A program made the position numbers and the translations under genes. A stretch of 63,567 bases of DNA, filler included, from Cladosporium halotolerans (taxonomy: Eukaryota), in the NCBI RefSeq assembly GCF_011745625.1. It is 28 parts of 28 records of this genome, joined end to end, with 100 filler letters (N's around TTAATTAATTAA, not from the genome) between each part and the next. Parts side by side here need not be neighbours in the genome. Positions count along the whole stretch, not along the records: positions 32,186 to 63,567 come from NW_027191528.1; 27 more parts are not named here. The stretch is one strand, 5' to 3'. Below are positions 56,233 through 63,567 of this stretch, in pieces. How positions within the stretch are numbered: the stretch's first letter is position 1; each line of letters starts with the position of its first letter. The notes under the pieces are model-generated. The model was given only the letters and a program-made list of their open reading frames with translations. It made no database searches and was not told the DNA's origin.

Positions 56233-58280
56233 TGCGAGAACAGAGAAGGCGCGAAGGTGCTTGATATTGTCGGCTCAGTGGCTGGACAGTGATCGATTTG
56301 ATCCGATGACAGAGAGCCCAGTAAAAAGAATTCGAGATCGTATGGGCAAGACTGTCTGACCCTCCAACCTCGTGGCGCTGGTCTTTACGGATTAATCAAG
56401 AGGTCGACGGTGTGAGCTTTGCCCCAAGCCAGCCTCGCAGGGTAGATTGTGCGGGTGAGACCTGTCTCGAACGGTACCGGTTCCTGACGCTCCTTAGCGC
56501 ACATCAAATCTCAACGTTAGCTTTCGATAGCAATGAGGGGAAGATCAAGGTTTTGTGTTGATTGATTGATGGGAGCCAAGTCGGGTGTCCATACATGCTC
56601 CAATAGAACTTTGGCGTCTAAACGTGCCGTGTCAATCGAAGTGAATGCACACGACCCCTGCACCACTTTACTTACGGACCCTGTGGACGTCATGGACTCC
56701 AGCCGTTCTGTGAGGCGGGAGGGCTGCCGTTGGCGATGGAGTTCGTTCCGCGCTGCACTGTTGAAGTAGGGCGCGGCCAGACTGGCCATGGCCAGCAGGT
56801 GGTGCCATTATTTCACTCGAGACAGCGTCGCACGCCAGAGGAGAGCGGTGACGAGCCAGTGGACACACCACGGCGGAACTATGGCTGGGCAGACGTCCAT
56901 ATCAGCAGAAGTGCATGGCTAAAGGTGTGTGGCGGACCAGAGGATAGGCAGATGGGTCGTGAACGAGCTCGGATAGCTACACGCGTACCAGCAATCATGA
57001 CCGTGTGGATTATGCAGGCCAAGACGTGAGGAGCGGGAGGAGAGAGAAGGTTAGAGGTTGGCCTTCAACGCGGTGGAACGGTGCGTGGTATGCCGGCCAC
57101 CCGGCAGGCGGGCGGGCGGGCAGGCAGGCAGGCAAGCATTGTCTTCTTGGCTGAGGGGCGCTCCTAGTAGAGCTTGACGGGTCTTGGTGGCTTCGAAACA
57201 CGCCCACGCGTGCTTATTGTGTGCCCAGCGCGGGTAGAGGCCGGCCGATGACAATCGCTCTCCTTGGGCGCCTGGAGGCTGGACGACGAGTGCGATGAAG
57301 CCACCGCCCCTGGTGACGAACGACAGGAGGCTCGCGGACAGGCGTCGACGCTGTTCTCGCCAAGTCGACGCGACAGAGGTACTTCGAACTGCACCGCCGT
57401 CGAAATGAGGTGTCTGTTACCCGTGACGCGGTATAGGCCGGGATGCGCGGGCGGGCATTTCCCCTTGCATGCAGGCGTGGCAGGAGGCCAGGAACCGCCG
57501 CCATCGATGAAAAGGATCGCCTGAGCTTTGGCTTTTTGCCGGCCGGACTGAGCGCCGTCGGCGACCCGGCGCTTGCGACCGCCGACCTCAGACCGCGGAC
57601 TCAGGCCGGGCTCCATCCTACCCAGTCTTCTTGCAAAGAAAGAGACATCTACCGGCGCTCCTGTCTCGCAAGTGTTGCTGTCTGCCTTGGTAGCTACACA
57701 TGTCCGCGGCTATCACAACATTGGCATTGGCATCTGACCATTGCGCGTTGCGTCGCATTGCACTGCATGGCATAGTACAGCACGCACCTCCAGCAGCACA
57801 CGCGCACGCGCGCTCCCCGGCATCAGCTCGAGCTGACGCACACGAAGCCACTCCATCCCTGCACGCCGGCTCCTTCGAATCTACTGCGCGCGTCAACGAC
57901 GCTGTATAGCGCGCGCCGATCGCACAAGCTGCCCCGGGTGAGACGCGACGATCACGCAGCCGTCCGCCCTACGGCCAATGGGCCGGCGCGGTGGGGGAAT
58001 CCCGACGCTGCAGGCTGCAGCTGCTCTTCGGGACGTCGAGCGTTGTGCTTGCTTGCTGTCCACGCACGTGGGGGGTAGATACCTCTCATGCAAAGCAGCC
58101 TGCAAAGCAAGCTGCGATTCTCCCGGTAGCCACGGCTTTGCGCTCTGCGGTTGAGGGCTGCAAGACGCAGATGCAGAGGTAGTTGCTCATCACTTCAGTC
58201 ATCTCCCACAGTACGTAAGTTTCATGGACATGGTCTGGCCTGGCCTGGCGGTCGAAGTACGACGCGAACGCAAAGGCAAG

Positions 58281-58440
58281 CACCCGTGGCCTCACTTATC
58301 TCCTCGCCCACGCATCCATTTTCGCCACGGTCTGCCGGTCGAGGCGCACGCGGCGCGAATGCAGAGGCAGTCACCCGTCACCTCACTTATCTCCTTATGA
58401 ACCTCGCATCCATGCTCGCCACGGTCTGCCGGTCGAGGCG
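58281..58440 (+). repeat. Imperfect tandem duplication, period ~92 bp
   Basis: CCTCACTTATCTCCT and TCGCCACGGTCTGCCGGTCGAGGCG each occur twice. Confidence 0.85.
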
Positions 58441-59198
58441 TGCCTTCGATGCCCGACGGGCGAGACTGCGGAGACTTGCCGCCTCACTTCCAGTATCTCC
58501 TCACCTTCTCGACCGGGTGATGGCGATCGATGGCCTGACCAGACCGCGGGTGCCCTGGCGGCGCTTATCTCCTACCGTAACCTTCTTCTCGACCAGAAAT
58601 TTAGCAGTGGACACTCGCAATCCCACATGCCCTATCCCACCTCCCTCAGAACTCAGCATTCTGAAACTCCTACACCCACGGTCCACCTCCCCTCACATCA
58701 GCGTCTGCCAGAGCTCCCGTCTCCAACGTCCGTTGCGTGGTCCTTTTCGTCACCACGTATAGCCAAGCCTACCTGCAGCTATCGTCGTCCTGGTCAAGAT
58801 GGCACCACCATGATCATGCCACGCAAACACTCACTCCCGGTGCGCGACCCGAGATTTGGGGGCTGCGCGCGGTGTTCATTCCATTGGTGTGACCGTTTAA
58901 ATCGAATCGCTTGCCAGTGAGGATGACGTGGGATGATCGCCTTTGCGTTTGCTTTGCCGTGCGGATTACGGTACATAGATTACATAGGTCCGGGGGGAGT
59001 CAGGTAGTCACACGTGGTATCGAAAAGAAAAAAGGCAGCCTCGATCTGCCACACGGGGGCCGTGTTCGCGTCGAACGCTATCAAAACCAGCTCATTGGCC
59101 AGGAGAAACAAACCAAGGAAAAAGCGAATACGTTCCCAAAACCCCCCTCTTGCATACCATCACATTACCTCATCCCCCCAATCCAGCAACCGCTCCTC

Positions 59199-60923
59199 TC
59201 AGTCCTGCCGCATATGACTCGGCAGGTTCCACCCCGCATAATCCAAGTGCACAAACGCCCTGTCGACATTCGGCACGCTCTCAATAACATACTGCAGACT
59301 CTCGCCCAGATCATGACTATCCCTCAAACTCGTCCCTTCATCGAGCACGATGTCGACCTCGACATTGAGCTTGTCGCCCGAGTGGTACGCTTGCAAGCCC
59401 TGGATGGCGCGGATGGTCTTCGCGAAGCGCATGGTGAGGTAGAGCAGGATGTTGCGCTCGTCGGCGGTGGCCGCGGCGCCGGTGAGGTTGCGGATGTGCT
59501 CGGACGACGTGTGCGACCAGTTGATGATGACGTAGCAGGACAGCAGGACGCCGCCGAGCGGGTCGAGCCACCAGATGCCCGCGTAGTAGCCGACGAGCGG
59601 GAAGATGATGGAGAACGTGTTGAAGACGACGTCCGTCATGGCGTCTTGCGCGAGGGCTTGGACCGAGCTGTTGGGGATGAGGCGGCACCAGAGCCAGCAG
59701 GCGAATTTGATGACCACGGTCGCGGCCATGATGGCGATCGCGGGGATGGTGAGGGCTACGAGGTTGTGGTCGGGGCCTGTGAGGCGCTGGAAGCCTTCGA
59801 TGGCGACTTGGAAGAAGGATAGGACCATGATGACGGAGAAGACGAGGATGCCGACGGGTTCGAGGCGACGGCGGCCGATTGGGTAGGCGTATTGGTCGTG
59901 GCGGGAGATTAGGTAGGTCGTGACCCAGACGATGGCGGTGGAGAGAAAGTCGAGGGCGGCGTCAACGAGAGATGCGAGCACGGAGATGGAGCTGGAGAGT
60001 GCGACGACCACGATTTTGAGTAGGAGTAAGATCGTGTTGGCGACGAGGTTGACGTAGATGGCGATGGTTACGATGCGAGACTGCGAGCCTGCGTCCTCTT
60101 CGGGCTCGAACTCAGGTGGCATGATATGGGTCGTCTCTGCAGACTCTTCTTCGTCTTGAATAGATTCCGCGGATAGCAGTGGCGTGTTCTCATCGTTCGG
60201 TTTGACACGATAGATGTCCTTGGTTCGCACGACTCGATGGGTCGGCTTGTTGCCGTTGACTGCCATGCCTTCCGTGGGTGGTGAGCCAGTAGGTATCGTC
60301 TCCTCTGTCTCTGCGATCGTCGCTGGAACGTCCGGAGGATGTGGCCCGCCCTTGTACCAATCCTGAACACTTTGCGCATGATGGTATTCCTGGATGAGGT
60401 TGTGGGGCAGACTGCTATCTAGGAGACGATCGATGTATAGGTAGTGTTGTATCAGGTGGTTGCAACGCTCGTAGTATGCGCGTATAGGTTTCTTCATCTT
60501 CTTCAACTCCTCCTCAGGCTTGTAGTATTGCTCCCAGCGGTATCTCGGGTTGTTATAACCAATCAACCGCATGCTACGCATTTGCGGCGTCATGAGCAAG
60601 CTCATACGACTGTCTTCCATCGGCTCGCTATCGCTGTCGCCCCACATTGGAGTGAAGGATGAATGCCTTCTCCCAGACTCCAGGTCGTTGGGGTCGGTAG
60701 GTGCGCGTTCGCCGTTGCTTTGCTTGCCATTCTCGGAGGAGAAACTACTAGGTCGCCGACGAAATGCTCGCTTGTCGTTGCTACTGGCCGATCGTGCAGA
60801 AAGTAACCCAGGCAGTGCCTGTCCGCGGGTGGACATGGCGTTGTCTTCATGGTTGACCGGGAGGAAGCCCTTCAATCCGGGTATCCGGTAGCTGCGCGGC
60901 GAGTCGCGTTCGTCATCGCTCAT
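59199..60923 (-). CDS. Cation diffusion facilitator (Mn-CDF / MTP8-like) metal transporter
   Basis: ASLVDAALDFLST, YPIGRRRLEPVG, AQDAMTDV (DxxxD sites), HDLGESLQ..VDRAFVHLDY. Confidence 0.93.
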   Translation of the reverse strand: MSDDERDSPRSYRIPGLKGFLPVNHEDNAMSTRGQALPGLLSARSASSNDKRAFRRRPSSFSSENGKQSNGERAPTDPNDLESGRRHSSFTPMWGDSDSEPMEDSRMSLLMTPQMRSMRLIGYNNPRYRWEQYYKPEEELKKMKKPIRAYYERCNHLIQHYLYIDRLLDSSLPHNLIQEYHHAQSVQDWYKGGPHPPDVPATIAETEETIPTGSPPTEGMAVNGNKPTHRVVRTKDIYRVKPNDENTPLLSAESIQDEEESAETTHIMPPEFEPEEDAGSQSRIVTIAIYVNLVANTILLLLKIVVVALSSSISVLASLVDAALDFLSTAIVWVTTYLISRHDQYAYPIGRRRLEPVGILVFSVIMVLSFFQVAIEGFQRLTGPDHNLVALTIPAIAIMAATVVIKFACWLWCRLIPNSSVQALAQDAMTDVVFNTFSIIFPLVGYYAGIWWLDPLGGVLLSCYVIINWSHTSSEHIRNLTGAAATADERNILLYLTMRFAKTIRAIQGLQAYHSGDKLNVEVDIVLDEGTSLRDSHDLGESLQYVIESVPNVDRAFVHLDYAGWNLPSHMRQD

Positions 60924-61223
60924 GGTTGGCAGAATTGAGGCCGGTGCAGAAACCGGACGAGCGCGTTGCAGCTCCTGTCAATGGCGATGGCCGAATGCGC
61001 CGAAGTGAATCGCAGGATTTGAGGTGTGATGCGATGGGTAGGACAGAGATGCTGGTGGGAAGGCGTCTTTTCTGTGAGAGCCAAAAGCTGCAGGGCAGGT
61101 CTTAGCTGCTTTACCCCAGATTGGCCTTCTCGTTGCCGTGGATCGTCCACGCGCCGGCTCTGCACCAGCGACGACGGCGGGATGGGCCTTGCGCGGTAAA
61201 GCGGGGCCGCGATGGCTGAGAAA

Positions 61224-61234
61224 TTATCAGATAA
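61224..61234. promoter_or_regulatory. Putative SreA-type double GATA site TTATCAGATAA
   Basis: Matches ATCWGATAA on both strands, ~300 bp upstream of the CDF start codon. Confidence 0.5.
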
Positions 61235-62098
61235 GATGGTCGGATCCCTCCTTTCCCAAAGCGCGCGCCAACCTCGTTTATTCTTCCCTATACCGCAAGA
61301 TGCAGCCCAAGCCGCTCTCAACGAATTCTTCAGCTGTGTATCTCTCATTTTCCTCGCTTATCAGGCGTTCATAAGCTGTGCTGTCGGCATAAGGTACCTT
61401 ATGCTTCTCCTGTCAAGCTTAAACGTGCTCCGCTTCAGCCGTCCAGTGACAGTTCGTCTGGCCTCCACGGGCTTTCTATGGAACATGGGGCCTCAGGCGT
61501 CTAGGCATCGAGAACCAACATCACCTTTCGCGCAAGCAAACCACGATCATTAGCCCCTGTGACACAAACCCGCATCCGTCGGTCTCGCTTCGAATTCGAC
61601 CCTTTCGGCAGGTGACTATGGATTTTCGAGCGACTAGCAAACCCCCGGAAAGCTTGAGCTCTGGCCTCTCCGATCATCAACAGCGTTCACCATTAAGACA
61701 GTCGTTACCCAATCTGCCGCCCCCTATAAGAGTCACGCCGCAGACAGTGCATCTCTATTGACGGTAAGAACACTTAGATGCTGTTTGTGTCGCCTTGGAT
61801 GATCCTTTCCACTGGCGTCACTGGGCCTGTATTTAATGTGGCAATGTTGTCCGCAGCTTGCCATAGACTGTTGCGATATTCCACCCATATCTTCCCGTTC
61901 CTATACTCCTACTTCCCTTGTCACCTCAGACCTTCACCCCCAGTTTCTTGACAAGCGGGTAGTGTATCCGCTAAAGCCAAAGGGTCATCCCACCTTTCTC
62001 CTCAACCGTGGAGATATCCAATTAACTACTCCAATATAGAAACCAAGAAGAGACCGACCAATAGTGCTATAGCACCTAATGGACCCTACACTCGCGCA

Positions 62099-62768
62099 AT
62101 GATGGAAGCCGAAGCCCGGCGCCGCGGTCTACAACTAGGAACAGCGCCGCCCGGCATGATGGGACCTCCAATGATGAGCGGCACTCCTGGAATCATGGGT
62201 GGCCGTCCGATGATGGGTGGCCGTCCGCAAATGATGGGCGGTCCTCAAATGATGGGTCATCCTGCAATGATGGGCCAGCAAATGATGGGGTCTAGACAGA
62301 TGGGCCCGCGATTCGATGATCCTACGATGATGGACAGGGGGGATCCTAGGGAGGCTGTGAGGGGAATCAGGAGGAGAGGAATGGAAATGGAGACTGCGAG
62401 GGGCGGGATACCTCCTCGCATGGCAATGGAGGCAGGACCGAGGCGAGCGCCCGTTCTGGTCAGGGCCGTTTGGGCCGGCTTTTGGGGGACCGGGGCTCGA
62501 GGCGCTGGGAATGGGAGGTCGCTCGATCCCAGGGATTGGGTTGGGGCCCGGTATGCGCGGCGGCTTTGATGCCATTCCGGATAGCTTTGGCACTGGACTA
62601 CTTACAGGCCACTCGCATTTGGGAAAGAAGCCAGTAGGCGTCGGTCATGGGGGACATATGGATGCCGGCTTCTTGCGTTCGGACCGGACCCATGAAATTC
62701 AAGTCGAGGCCCTGATGGCCGAAATGTCTTTGGGTGGCCCGAGACGCCGGCGTCGTCCGCCGTGCTGA
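62099..62768 (+). CDS. Hypothetical Gly/Met/Pro-rich low-complexity protein spanning two frames
   Basis: MMGGRP-type repeats in frame 62099-62569; similar composition continues in the frame ending at 62768. Confidence 0.4.
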
Positions 62769-63567
62769 TCGTATTCACGGAGAAGCTCTGGCGGGTAGTT
62801 TCAATATGTACACCGGAATTTGATCTTATGTTCGGCATGAATAAGTATTTGGCCCAAGTCACCACGTCTTGCACAATCCTATGGCCTTTGACTCTTGTAG
62901 ATCGTTGTAATCATCGCAAGAGATAAATCGCGTCGGAGACCGTCTTTGTCAAATCTTCTACCCAGTGGATTGTACTCTAAGCTCGATGCATCGTGGGAAT
63001 GAAATTGCGGGAACGCTAGTTCGTGGCATTGGCCACTCAGGAAGGATCACGTCAGTTTAAGATTTTCGAGAAGACTCCTTTGAATTCGGTGTTTGCACAA
63101 TCGACGACTAGTTGAACAAGTATAATGATTATCAAGGTGAAAATAACTTCAAGTACAATCAACATAACCGCAGACGATAATATTTGTCAACTCACCATTA
63201 TCATGGCCTCAGGCACCTCAAGATCTCAAGCTAGCATGAATCTGCAGCCTATAACAGACACGCTATGAGATACCAACAGGACGAATTTATGCGAATTCAG
63301 CTTTGCTATCGTCTGCGGTCACAGATTAGTGAGTTTCCCAGGTAGCAAGCAAACAGTTTGAAACTATTCACGGCGCCAGAGGTTCACATCCAACACGTCA
63401 GCCACGCAGTCACCGCTAATGAATGGTAGGTTGCGAACAACATCATTGTTGACTAGAAGTCTTCCCCGCCGTGTGCACAGACCCACCGCGTGCTCACGCG
63501 ACGCGTTTGTCAACAGACGGCTTTATCGTCGTGTATCTCCATCAATTGTTCAGCTATGGATGCAGCA

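Noticed and set aside
35398..60923. VTC4, IST1, ISC1, ATG9 and CDF as a vacuole/membrane-trafficking cluster
   Set aside because: Unrelated housekeeping genes interspersed with others; no shared regulatory motif seen.

Overview
Fungal genomic DNA from a filamentous ascomycete, probably a Dothideomycete (inferred from gene content, short GT-AG introns with CTAAC/CTGAC branch sites, and RIP). The window is a pseudo-scaffold. Bases 1-32085 are 27 small contigs, falling in length from about 1.17 kb to 1.00 kb, joined by an artificial 100-bp linker (N44-TTAATTAATTAA-N44), so adjacency between them has no biological meaning. These contigs are repeat/accessory leftovers: both halves of a pogo/Fot1 element with matching TIRs, Tc1/IS630-like transposases, LINE pol fragments, hAT-like ends, an LTR, telomere-linked-helicase (TLH)-type fragments, a RIP-mutated repeat, and partial or broken genes (DUF2236 oxygenase, Zn2Cys6 TF, GT90, MAPK, Mx-like dynamin, two ABCG transporters, PTH11-like receptor, PAQR, Ssk2 MAPKKK, Ulp1-like protease). 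Bases 32186-63567 are one gene-rich contig (MDR reductase, VTC4, a BVMO, a Kex2-processed repeat protein, IST1, ISC1, an LRR protein, an RRM protein, ATG9, DUF829, a CDF transporter). The most unusual signal is a 44-bp tandem unit containing a telomeric GGGTTAG core. It occurs on two unrelated contigs, ends at the same nucleotide in both, and its complement reads as hairpin + CTAACCCT(AA), which looks like a telomerase RNA template copied through its boundary element. All identifications are by eye from motifs; no database searches were run.
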